From Balanoglossus misakiensis (Eukaryota; Animalia; Hemichordata), in the NCBI GenBank assembly GCA_040954595.2, contig CM082578.2, forward strand, positions 6,061,519 to 6,125,518: a stretch of 64,000 bases of DNA. The letters are read 5' to 3'. The notes under the pieces were generated by a model that worked only from the letters and a program-made list of their open reading frames with translations, was not told where the DNA came from and did no database searches. The translations under genes and the position numbers were made by a program. Each line of letters starts with the position of its first letter. The stretch's first letter is position 1. Shown piece after piece: positions 51,501-64,000 of this stretch.

Positions 51501-53509
51501 CGAGATGCACCAGCCTCGCCGCCGACGATGGGTGGCGCGGCCGGCCGCCTAACTTCCCGCGGCTGCAACATTAACACTGCTGTTGCACGCCCCAATTTGG
51601 CCGACAAGAATATTGGCGTGCCTCAGAAAACCGTGAACTATGTAATTTGCGTCTGATATAGGACCTACCGTGAATACACGTTTTATCCAAGTATTCCCCG
51701 TGAATGGAGGCAAGTCACAAGGCGCGTGGCTGATCCGACTAGCATTTTACGAGGGCCGTTACGAAAATTTATCCACCAGAGGGTAAACACCAATGGCGTG
51801 CGGAAAAATTGACATAATGATCTCAATATTTCCATTTTCATCCCCGCCATGTATACAGTCATTGTTTTAGATTGTTTCAGAACGCAAAAGAACCGGTACC
51901 TCTTGGGCATTAAAGCAGTTTATTCTGACAGTCTATAGCTAGTCACTTACAACATGAAAAATCATTTCGTGTGCGTCTGTGTGTTGGGGGTTGTTATGGA
52001 GGCGAACGGTGGGTGGATTTTTTATATGATTAAAACATTGCATAACCTTAATAGACTAGTGGGCGCCTAGAATATCGAAATAAGAAAGAAAATCGGCTAT
52101 GCACATCAAGTGAAACCGAAAGATATGGAGAGTAAATCGAAAGTAAAACGAAAAATAACTCTCATTTTTGAAAATGGGTCATGTGCAGAGTTGTCACCAT
52201 ATACATGTACCCCTTGATCATTGTTCCGAGTTCGCTCTACTATGGAAAAGTCTCAGATGTCTTTAATTCGACGTGATCGCCCCAGATTATCTAATCATGT
52301 CAACAATAACACTTTTAATAGATTTCTCCGACTGACATGTATTATGGTGATAAATCGTTTAATCACAAAGAACAATTTTTTGCCAATCCATCCCCGCTGT
52401 ATTAGTCCCTTCACCCCCTCCACCTTCCGCTTTTCCCAGTTAAAGGTACAACATATTAAAGCATTTGGAGCGACTCACGGTGGTAAAGGGATGAAAGCAA
52501 CTTTTTATAACAATCTCGCTCGGCGCAAAGGAGTGGGCCACCGGCCATGCAGGAGATATCTCCGGTTTGCTATTAATTCTGGGGTTGTATTGAGACGTTG
52601 ATTTTAAATTGGGAGGTAGACGTGTAATCTGACCCGGTATTAACTTTATGCTTTCGCTGTGCATCGAAGGCTTACGAAACTCATGAAAATTTCACCCGGA
52701 GGGGTTTTGATTGTCGCAATCGTTGGAAGCTCGGCTGCCCTGTCAATAAATGCGGTTGAAGGGACGTCGGTTTTAAGGTTTATAGTATGCGCCTCGAAAA
52801 TCAAAGTCTTCAACTATTTTTGATATTTTGCTAAAGACAGTTTTACATTATTCCCGTATTCTTGGGAATCTAAATGGGGGGTCACCATGCACAAGCTTTT
52901 GAGAAAACAGGGTGTTCCCATCCTACTTTTGATGGCTAACGAAGATGTATACTTGGGGGAGCAAAACATTGGGTTAAAACTACAGTTGGCGTAAGTATGC
53001 CGATGAAGTTCCTCTCAACTTTTTTTTTGTTAATTTTTCAATTTTTTATTGCATTTCTTCCAGATAATGGCAACAACAAGCACCTGATGACATCCGCCAC
53101 CGACATTTCGGGTTCAGCTACAACCATTATTACCCATCCGTCCACGGTGACGTCACCGATCCCCGGAACGATAACCGGCAACATCGCCTCGTCGCCGATG
53201 AAGACCTGCGCCCCGACGACAGCGCCCCCGAACAAGAAACACTGCGAAGCGCCGACGCTCACAAAACTGCCGACCATGACGCCACGCATGACGTCACACG
53301 AGGCCACTTTCCCGCACCATCGCGCCCTGAGCAGGCCCGACATTCCCATCACCACTTGCGGCCCGGTGCTCGTGCCGCCGACCATGCTGCACTTCCATTC
53401 ACAGGTCACCACCCCGTCATTTACCAGGTCTCCGCACTATCAGTTCCCAGCTTGCAACATGTCCGCCGATTGGGGCTACACCCAACTGACGGCACAGCAC
53501 AAACATTGA
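45589..53509 (+). CDS. Poxn: Paired-box transcription factor Pox neuro (PoxN/PaxA-C class), 392 aa
   Basis: Exons 45589-45601, 47801-48021, 48880-49059, 49721-50039 and 53064-53509 (1179 nt, all GT-AG, phases 1/0/0/1). The N-terminus [70 protein letters not shown] matches the Poxn signatures ([14 protein letters not shown]; [16 protein letters not shown]). Also has an HSIEDILN eh1/octapeptide-like motif, a KRKR NLS-like motif and a Pro/Thr-rich tail. Confidence 0.93.
47801..48021 (+). CDS. Poxn: Poxn coding exon 2: paired domain PAI subdomain
   Basis: tag|GA CAA GCC...AAG CCA AAG|gtacgt; encodes [10 protein letters not shown]...GGSKPK. Confidence 0.95.
48880..49059 (+). CDS. Poxn: Poxn coding exon 3: paired domain RED subdomain
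   Basis: aag|GTT GCC ACG...GAC AAC|gtgagc; encodes [52 protein letters not shown]. Confidence 0.95.
49264..49311. repeat. (AATC)n/(AATT)n microsatellite
   Basis: Seen directly in a Poxn intron. Confidence 0.85.
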
Positions 53510-56500
53510 AATCGCTGATCCAGGGAGTATGAGAAAGAAACTGTCTGACATGAGGTGCCTTCCAGTTAATGTACATATCTCTCATATCTTTTAAATATTA
53601 AATTATTTTTACGAGAAAGGAAACACTTTTAACCGAAAGGAAACGACGTTGTTTTATTTTAAGTCAGACCGGTCCCGTATTATCATGAAGAAACTCGGAA
53701 AATGGACAGGGCCGAAAACCGAGATTTAATTTATATAAAACCACCTCACCACCATTATGACGTTACAAATTTGAAGTTTTGGTATTATTTATTAAACATT
53801 CTATTCATATTGCATGTATTGTTTGAAGATAATTTATATAATTACATATTTATTTGATTATTTAAGACTATTTATTAATTAATCACGTGTTGAAGTGGCA
53901 AACTCGTGTGAAGGACGCCCTCAACCATTCACACGCAACAACCACCTGTTGACTGCGACAAAATCTTTTTATGCCTTTATGTTGTTCATTTTGTCAACAT
54001 CGAGTGATTAAATGTCGGTATTTTTCAGTCAAATATCAGCGTTTCTATGTTTTTTTTTTACTGATGAGTATGGGTGTGTCGTTTACGAGTGCAACAAACT
54101 GATACGCTATGCATGTTTGGCACTTCAATGATGCCTTGGGTGAACAGTGGCATAGGGTGTGTTAATTAGGTAACACATGTGATTGGCAAACTTAAAGGAG
54201 CTTATTAATCACACGATAATTTATTCTGAAGTTTCATTCACTTTGACCTCGTTTCAGCAGCCATGGAACTAAAATCCCAGATATAAAAAATATACCAATT
54301 ATAGTTTGCATTTTTCAGGCCCGGCCCTGCATGATATGTCACGCAGTACCAGGAAGCCATGGCCATATCAGATTTACTTGTCACCGGTTCGCAACACACG
54401 AAAAACAACTCACGTCACCCGCCCAGTGTACTTTAACCACAAGAATTCGTCCACCCGTTAAACAAAGAAACAAACCGAATGACCGTTTGCGCGTCACCCG
54501 GCTGTCAATATCTGTTTATCGGTAATTGGCACTTCAAACACTTTGGCCAGTAGGCTAAGCTGCACAGCAGCTGAAGAATTCCGTCGAGGCACTTGGGTGG
54601 GGTGTGGTTCACAAAGTTGATGTATATATGGCCACTTTCCTTTATAAGTCTTTGCTGCCCTTACGCGACTACCCTTGTGCGTATCTTACCTACAAATCCA
54701 CAATCTGATCCAACAATAAATGCAAAACAAGACAACGTTGCAGGCAACAGAATAAAATTGTACTTTGGACTTGTACATGTACATTTTGTATATCTCTCGG
54801 CAGGAGGAAACATAAATTTTCCGATGAAGCAAATGTTGAAAAATTAAGTCACCCATAAATTCTTGTATTTTCGTCACAGCTTAATATTTTGGGGGAAATC
54901 ATATCAATTTTAAGGTACTAGTAGACTTCTCAAAATTTAGAATATTGTCATTTTCACGTATATTGTATATTAATGAATTTTAAATACAAAAATAGAGAGA
55001 AAACAGGGTGTTCCCATCCCACTTTTTCAGTTAGGGTCTAGAATATTGTGGAAAATGCACTTTTCTTGCACTCTCCATGTGATAGTTTACCTATGGTGAA
55101 AATATCTGAACAGCTCTATGGACAAATCAGGCATGGTGACATAGTGTTCTCTTTACCCTATTTTGGTATCTTTTGTGAAAATTTCAAGAAAATAACAATA
55201 TTGCAACACTGTTTTTCAAAATTCTACATGTAAGGCTATGGAATATGATCTGAATATGACCATGTACATGTACATGTACTGCATCCGAATTGTCCACTAC
55301 CTTGCACAAAACATTGTAGAGGGCGCTGTCCGTCCTGCATGTTACTAGTATTTCATATTCCAAAATACAGAAAACAGAAAACAAAATGCTCCCTGGTTTT
55401 TCATTATACACACTGCCAGACAATTTGGAAGGGATTAACTGATCTTGATTTAGCGGTATAGCAAAGTTTCACATCAATTTGACTCTTTGGGTTGATTTTG
55501 AAAGGTGTAATGCTAGCAAGGGTACACTACATGTATACCCATTCTAGACACCAGGATCCCTGGCGTGGAGCCACCAAGTATCAGTGGTGCCAGACGACCA
55601 ATTTTATTTGATTTCGTTTCCCAGGGGACCCAGTAATACGCTCACCATGAATGATAATGATTATTGGACCTGATTCGATATCATATTCCACCAGATCAGT
55701 ACAAGAAAAGAAATACTCCCATTTATATTTGTTATTTCGTGGTGAGCCTTTTTTACATACCCTAGTGCGTGTCTCCCTCAAATTGACAACCCTGGTATGT
55801 TTGGTGGGACACACTATCAGCTCCTAGGAATGCCAGTCTGATAAAAAGAATCCATATATTATAAAAACAATCAGTGATATTTTAATACTGACTCATTGTT
55901 ACCGCTACAGCAAAGTTTACACGTGCATATGAAGTATAGATTCTCAGTTGTTTATGTAAAGTACAGTCTACAGATGACAAAATAGGTATTTTGAGAACAG
56001 TTACACAAGTTGGCAAAGTTCCATATGTGAGGTGGGATGCGGACACATACGACTTGGTGTTGGTCACACTACATGTATTCCTTTTATTTTCTGATGATCT
56101 GGAAATGAGGTTTTGTTTAAATGTCCAAAACCAGTAATCATTTCGATTTTGATAATTCAACCCCCCCCCCCTTTCGAATATAGTGCTGAATAAATGGATA
56201 CATTCTGTGGTCTGACTCTTGGCCTTGTACTGATCTACATGTACATGTAGTTGTCCATGGGTTTACTTAGCAAAAACCATGTCGAAGGTCACACGTCACC
56301 GAAGCTGAGATTTACGTCATAGATTGCCAATACCCATCAATCAATCAAACCAGTAGAACTATTAGTAAATGTCATCTCAAAACTTCACAACAGACTCCTA
56401 AAATAATCAACGTTTGGTTCACTCACAAGGGCCAATTCTCTAGTCTAAAAAAAATGCTGAAAGATGACATGAGCATGGGATGCATGCTTTGCATGTTTGA

Positions 56501-56738
56501 ACTAAAATGTACGAAAACGTAGACTAGGGAACAGAAACTAGTTTCAAACCATACGTGCTATGGTGTTTCTGTTCTCCATTGTCTTGGCTTTGTTTACAAT
56601 CACTGCAAGTGAAAAGGTTTTCAGTCTTTCTGTCCAACAATGGCAACTCTGACTGTCACACTACCACCAGGAGTCTTGCACACACATGCCATAAAAAGTT
56701 ACAGCAAAAATGACTCTCATCTGATTTTTTTTTTCAAT

Positions 56739-56744
56739 TTTATT
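56739..56744 (-). terminator. Candidate polyadenylation signal of the right-hand minus-strand gene
   Basis: TTTATT on + (AATAAA on -), about 3.8 kb downstream of the stop at 60539. Other AATAAA candidates exist. Confidence 0.35.
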
Positions 56745-57582
56745 TGAAATTTGATTCAACCCTCCTCTATACCAAAACTTTGTTTATACATGAGTACATG
56801 TACATATATATATATTCAAAAAGTGCAAAAAGAAAGGCTTGAGAGATTTAAGTACAAGTAGTGTTTCAGAAATAACCCCCACTATACACAGGGTGACTTC
56901 GGACTGTCAAAGCTGCAGTGTCATAAAAAATTTCTTTTTGAAGAATGAATGTTTGCCAATGGAAATGTGCTATAGACCAAACAGACAATTTTTTTCTCAT
57001 AACATTTTAAAATGAAGCAATACATATAAACATTTAAATTATATGTGATTTGAATTAATTTTATGTCTTGCGACCATCAGGCAAGACAATTTTATAAGGC
57101 AGTGTTGATTTGATACCAGGGTGCTGTATATTAATTATCAATAAAAACAATTAGCTTTAGACTGACTCATTCTCCTTGTGTATCGAAGATTTCACGGTGT
57201 TCAGATACATTGACATCATTTAATAGACAGGCCATGCCAATACAGTTTGTAATCGCATGTGTGTGGCTGTGCTTAGATAATGGTGGGCAAACGACAACCA
57301 CACTACAGCACTACAAATGCTTTTGGCGTGACACCAACATTTGATGGCAGTGCAGCTTTAACAGAATTCATGACATTACAGCTTTAACGCAAAAATATGA
57401 CAACAGAGTTTGAGCTGCAGTAACTTACATACAATGTGAAAACTAACAGTATAGTATACACTTGAAAACTGAGCAGGGTGCTTTATGACACATTCATTTT
57501 GTCATAGTAACAACTGTTTTTGTCCATACCACAGTTTAACAATTCTTTTAGCATGTAAAAGCCCTCTGATCATATTTTATAA

Positions 57583-57667
57583 CCCTTTCACCCCCAGTTT
57601 CCTCTTCAGAGGTCCAACCTTACCATAGTACACAATGGGTTTGGACCAAACCATGGTGGTGAAAGGG
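57583..57667. mobile_element. Short piggyBac-like mini-element (about 85 bp)
   Basis: Termini CCCTTTCACC...GGTGAAAGGG with TTAA-like flanks (ATAA, TTTAA). A second copy is at 18040-18120. Confidence 0.6.
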
Positions 57668-60538
57668 TTTAAAGTGTAGTAGGAAACAATGGGACCATGC
57701 AGGTACATGTATGTCTTCCTGTACATTGTACTGGGTTCTGGGGAAACACATACAGGTATAAAATGAGCCAGTGTTGGTTTGTGAAACATTGTGGTACTAT
57801 CACTATCAGAAAAAAAATTTAAATGCTTTGTTTCCCCATTTTTGTTGTGAGAAAAAAAGTACCTGTGTGATTAGATATGGGCTATTAATAGAACTGCGGT
57901 CTGGGCTCCAGGAAATGGCATGTTAATGCAACGAAAAATTGATACCAAGGTTTGAAAGATTACGTATCTCCATTTCAAATGCAGAACAGTGCAGCATGGG
58001 GGACTTCTTATCCCAAGGGACCTCACTGGGAGCGCATTTCAATTTTCAGAGTTTCAATTCCAGTAGATAAAAATTTAGAGTAGCGGCCTTTATGCACTTC
58101 TTAACTCTCGAGACAAATAAAAACAAAAAACCACCTGTTACAGACAGGCAAGGCAAAAACCACCTGTTGCCTTGAAGGCATTCGCTAAATCAGAGAACCA
58201 GTCCTGTATCAGATACTGCATGAGCGATGCCAGTTTTTACATAATACATGTAAATTACAGTGTCTACCCCGTTCAATATAGTTCTGAAATTTCCATTGGT
58301 TAAATAATCAGAAACAGTAACTGTCAATTTAGTTGTTATTGGGTATTTTATCAATAATTTTTGTTTTTGCATAAAAAGTACACAATACTTGGGGATTTCT
58401 GCAGTGCTGACTTAGAAAATAAAGAGTAAACTAAACAGTTGATACATATATGACAGAAATACTGCAAAAATCATCAAAAGCTACTGTTGCCAAACCCCTT
58501 GACATTGAGGCAAGGTGAACTTGGCCCTGGAACCCCAGGCAAATAGTGAACCCCCTACATAACCAGCTGTGAACTGACATTTTCAGAACATACAGTCGGG
58601 GGAATAGTTGCAGAGTAAATGTCAACGCAGTATGTTTAACTACTGCGAGGAGTAATGGTCTAGTACTGACTGTGGCAGATCTCGGTTACTATTACTAAAG
58701 AACACTACTGCCATGTTATAAAAACATAATACGAGAATTTTTTGTCCCCTTTCAATCACACATGCCTGAACTGGCCGTTGAGTTTGAAGAGAATTTCTGA
58801 AAGGTTAGGCAACAGTAAAATTTCTATAATACACATTGAGGTATTCTAAATTCCCTCCAATGAAAATACACTTCACGACACGAACCCTTTTACATCACAT
58901 CAACAAGGTGTTTTGGATTAAATACAGAGGTAAAAATATTTTTAAAAATTCATTCTGATATTCAACAAATTTGACTGTATAGATTACATCAGGTGCATCA
59001 CAACAATTGTGAACACAGGTGATTTTTCACTCAAGGCACTCAAAGTGTGGACTCTCACAAAGATGAACAAAATGTTCCATATGCATATTATTATTTATAT
59101 GTATATATGTAAATAGGAAACGCCATCTGATAAAATATACTGAGAACTACATGTATGTACTGTACACTCAAATTAATGTGGAAATCACACCACATCGGCT
59201 AAATCCCACAGATGGTAGAGAATGGATAGTGACCAAACTCTGAAATTCACAGCATGGAACACTATCACCAACTTGTAACACCATCTTCAAATGTAACCAC
59301 TCACTGTCATACATAACATGTATGAAAATCCTTTGCTTGTTTAGGTTTTTTTCAGTTGTCTCTAAACTTTGCCACTCAGATGGCAAAATTCTCATTTTGT
59401 TGGAAAAACTCAAATTTTTTAGTATCCTTTCCGTGAGACAGAGTAGCAACATTTGACAGGATTTCATATTAAATAAGATGTACTAGTCCAATAACCTAAA
59501 CAAGTCAGGAGGATTTCTAGTAGGAATACAGACTACTGGTAGAGTTGCTGGAGTTTAAAAAAAAAAGTGAGTGAATGTGAAAAGTGCATTTAAATCTGAC
59601 AATTTTGAATTTATGACTGAGTACATTTAATTGCTCTTGTTTGTATTTAAATGAAATAAAAAATAATTTTTCAGCCATTATTGTAACTTCTGATTTAAGC
59701 TGGTAGTTCAACCACGCCTCACCAACAACGGAACTATTAAATGGTAATGGAAATTTTTTTTCCCCACTCCAGATGAGATCTCCAGGCTCTTTGAATCACA
59801 TGGTTCGATAATAGTAAACACAACAATGGTATTGCAAAATACACGCTACAATAAAAGTCTGAACTGACCCAGAAGACAAAATCAAGTCAATGACAGACTG
59901 GGGTGAGCTGAGAATTGCATCAGTGGTTCTTAAATTGAAGACTAAAAAAAGGTATACACTTTTGTAACATTACATCCCACATTATGTCTTTTGAAGCTGT
60001 CTTCTAAAGCTAACCAACTGAAAACAATTTTGGATAGTGGTTAAATCAGGCAATATCATGGTCTCAGCAACAGCCAATGCTGTTAGTGTAATTAGGGTTG
60101 GGTTCTTGTGATTTTACGACACGGCCCTGACCTTGACCTCATGCCAAAAATGTATGCGAATAAATATCACCGTGGCACATTGTAATTTTGTTCTTGTTTT
60201 AAAATTATCACCGGGTATAAATCTGATAACTGCTTGCCCTGTATTTGGACACTGTTTACAATTAAATGGTAACAGAAGATGCGTGTACTCTGGAAAAGCA
60301 ATGGCAAAATCACCTTAAGCCTGACAAATCGATAACTGGGGCAATACGCGAGTACGGAGAATTTATGGCTCATTGAAAGCTAGATCTACTGCTCTGAAGT
60401 CAGGTGAGTGTGGTAGATGTAGATGCTCATCAGTGGGAGTATGTTGCAAGATTATCATGCATGTGTCGAGACATCGATGACGTGTAGGTAGGTAGGGGAG
60501 GATGGGGGGTTCCAAGCACACACAGAGAGGCTACACGT

Positions 60539-60867
60539 TTACAAAGCTATGTCGGCTGTCGACGGCGCCTGGCTGCCGTTCCCCGCGCTCTTGTTGCTGC
60601 CCACGCTCCTGCGGTCGCCGTCGCTGCCGGGATCGCCGGGCCCCATCTGCACGCTGTGCGTACTCCTCCGGCTGACGCTGCCCGCGCTGCCAACGCTTGT
60701 GGTGCTGCGTCGGCCGATGGAGCCCGCCGAGCCGTTCTGCTTGCTGTGGCGGCTGACGTCGTCGTCCCCCTCGCGGTTCTCGCCGGCGGGCACCGGGTGC
60801 AGGTTGAACGACTGCTTGGAGTGACCTGATAAAGAACCATGTGCGTTGCTGGATGAGGCAAATGTAC
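60539..60867 (-). CDS. Terminal coding exon of a gene extending beyond the right edge; Ser/Gly/Arg-rich C-terminal tail
   Basis: Acceptor ttcccccccttcag| in phase 1, then a GC-rich, CpG-rich open frame GTFASSSNAHGSLSGHSKQS...STADIAL*TAA within AT-rich surroundings. Confidence 0.7.
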
Positions 60868-63800
60868 CTGAAGGGGGGGAAATGAAACAAATATTACAAA
60901 TAAATATCACAGATTATTTTACTCAAATCTGGAGAAATTGTATTGCTAAGGAAAGGGTTCAAATAAGCAAGGCTGGAACACCGCAAGGAAGGAAGGTTGG
61001 GCCTAGCAAAGTGAAATTTAAAGATGGCTTGTGTAGCTGATACAGCAGGCAGTAGGGTGCCAAAAAATAAAAGGAATCAATCAAAAACTAAAATCAAAAA
61101 CTAAAATCAGCAGAGGTTAAAGTGCATTCTCTGACATGACCTCTCAACTTTGATATCACACCAAAAAAAAGAATGCCATTTACAATGTACCCATGCCACT
61201 CAAATGATTTCCTTATCGTTGAAAAAATGCTCGCTATAGATCAGGCCAATTTGAAAGATTGCTATAGGTCCTGAGATATTGAGCTGGGGTTTGAAAATAT
61301 CATATTATACAGTTTCAGTAATTTGAAATGTCTGTTGACATAAGTCTATCATGTGAATTTGAAATCGCTCAATTTGATGGAAATAAACGAAAAATTTCAA
61401 CTTTCATGGGTTCACACAGTCATAACTTTAATATAGCCAAAGAAATCTTAATTGAAAAACTTGCAAAAGCACATTTGTGAGATCCAGTATATACATGTAA
61501 GTTGTTGCAAATCCATGGATCAGCATTTTTGTGGGCATCAACAGAAATCTGATAAGGTCTCAGTGAGTGACATGATGAACGCTTTTATTTCTGTTTTCGG
61601 TGATCCGAGATTTCTACATTCATGCCAAACAACAGGTGGTTTTTACTACAAATCCCTCAATTGAATGAGGAAAACCAAAAACCATAAAAAAAATTATTAT
61701 TACCAGCCTAGATATTACACTAAATATTTAACAAGTTAGTGTGGGTATATTATTCTAAGCATGCTGCAATGCAAAGGTATAGAAGGGTAAAATGCAAGGG
61801 TGTGGTGACTGATAAGAATTGGGCGTGCTCCACTGTGAGGGTTAATAAACTACCAGGTAAGTACCTGCTAAAGGGCTAAAGAAGGGGACACACTTTAGCT
61901 TATCCTATCTCTAGCTCTACTCAAAACTATTCTAGCTGTGGAATTTCAAACACGTAAAGACAGAAAAAAAAATTATCTTTTGCCATTTGAATTGATCTTT
62001 TTTGAAATTAATTACCAATTTATTGCTGATTGAGACTAGTTTGTATTTTGCCTGCAAGAGATGGAAAGTTAAATGTAAAATGAACACAGAATTCACTCCA
62101 AGACGCCCATGCAGCGCTGTTCTGAGATCTACATGTACGATGTTGATGTTGAAGTCTTGTGGCAGGCAAACAGCTTGCGGGGAACTCTTCCTGTGCCACA
62201 TAAATCCTCAACTATTTTTCAAGAATAATACACCTGGACTACAAAATATAACTATCAAAGGCAACTAACATTGGAAAACACATTCTGTAAAAACACAGAA
62301 ACATATCAATGAGTACCTAACCAACCTGCCTAGATAAATACTCAAATACCAACACCAAACCAATATGATGTCATGAAGAGGGTAGTTTTCTATTGTGAGC
62401 TTTGGAAAGAGGCAGGTGGACAAAAGCAGATGCCAAGAGATTATTAAAAAAAATCCCAACTAAAATATTTGGACCACATCACCTCCATCTTGCCAGCAAC
62501 AGCTGTAAGTACCTTCTCTTTGAGAGAGTTTCATTTAATAAATCTATCACTCTGACACAAAAGTCAACATAACTGTTGTACCTGAAATCTGAATGAATCA
62601 CCCTGATTCAACCCTGATGTATTGATATGGTTTCACTGATGGTCTGCGTGGCACTACACAAACAGTATGCAAGACCAAACATGCACTATACCAACATACT
62701 GTGGCTGACACCAGTGCTGCATAAAGTCGGTTATTTTGGTTGATGATAACGTCATGTATACAAAATAGGCGTATAGCAGGTATAGAGCACTTACACATCT
62801 GACCCTACTTAATGGTCACCATATAGTGACAGCCATGAATTATCATGACCAGATTTTCTTTCACTTCAATGTTTGTCAATGGTGGCATGATATATGAAGA
62901 CTTAATCAATTTGCTAGCTGGGTCAAACAAGCCAGGGCTACTTTTCCCCCTCCGAAACTTTGTAGAGAAAAAAAAAAGAATCATGGGCTAAAATGTTCAA
63001 TTTCAATCTTTGAGGAGTCGGGCAATTATTGATTAATTTTTGCATGTAGTCCAACCAAGCACAAGGCACAAGCTGGCAGAAACTGATCATGGACAGGACA
63101 GCAATTCCAAAACATGCTATACGGTCACAATTCATTTCTGAACAACAAATTTCCTTGTTAGTTAGCAGAACTTTCAGGATAGCATAACCCCACTAAACTC
63201 ATACAAAGGTGATGTATGAGTAAGGGAAAAAATTGAAAACTATGATCCCAAGAAATGCTTTTCCAAGTATCCACAGAAAAGCGACACCAGAAAAAAAACA
63301 GACATCATGAGAGAGACCGGCTGTGAAAATAGAATGGCTGCAATAGCAAAGAAAGTAGCATGAGTAATGTAGTTAGGTACATGTACAATTTGAAATCTTA
63401 CCACAGTCAGACAGGGGGAGTGGCTTGTGCTTACATAGATGGACAAACAAAAACATTTGAAAGAAAAAGACACACACACACAACAGCAATTAGTGATTTC
63501 AAATTCAACCAAATCTAGGGGTTTATGTTGCTAGTGGTGGGCTAGGTAACAATCTGTGGAATGAAGGTTGGATGTTAAAGATATGTGGGACACAAGACTG
63601 GCCAGCTCTTAATCAATGCAGATTTATAAGCATATTATTCATATGTTAATCCTTGCCAAGCAAATAGATACTGCAATAATTTTTAGGACTATGATAGTAT
63701 GAAAAATTCATTTCCAAACGCAATGAATACTCACCAGCGTTGATACAAATTATCCTGTTTTTTGTTTAAAGCTGACCAGTCTCTCTTTATAGGAAAATAA

Positions 63801-64000
63801 TTTTTTGTACAACTTTTTTTGAGTGAAATGAATGATGTTTTTTTATAAAAATAAGGCTGGTGCAGGGATTAGGTCGGGGGAAACATGAAATTACAAACAG
63901 GAAAGTGCAAAGAATTAAATTGTGGGCAATTAAGTTTATTAAAGGGTAAGATTGTGGAATTTTTTGATATTTATAGTAATTGTAGTATTTTGGTTCTAGA

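Overview
Eukaryotic, intron-rich, AT-rich invertebrate DNA. The gene content and repeat style suggest a non-vertebrate marine bilaterian, possibly an ambulacrarian such as a hemichordate; this is inference only. Spliced gene models were built by hand from GT-AG junctions and reading phase. (1) The 3' part of a CNBD2-like cyclic-nucleotide-binding protein (+, 1590-6966, 11 exons). (2,3) Two small uncharacterised minus-strand genes that appear interleaved (9128-10713 and 10013-15890), each with an RFX X-box-like motif nearby. (4) A small F-box protein gene (-, 17692-21586). (5) A complete Pox neuro (Poxn) Pax gene (+, 45589-53509, 5 coding exons, 392 aa, paired domain plus eh1/octapeptide-like motif, no homeodomain seen), preceded by about 20 kb of CpG-rich non-coding DNA. 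(6) The last exon and long 3' UTR of a minus-strand gene entering from the right. Mobile DNA includes TAG...CTA hairpin elements with 9-bp target-site duplications (Academ-like), PIF/Harbinger-like MITEs with TAA TSDs and a piggyBac-like mini-element. There are also microsatellites and a 290-bp tandem duplication that copies a splice acceptor. No prokaryotic-type system (CRISPR, operon) was seen. Most listed six-frame ORFs are spurious.
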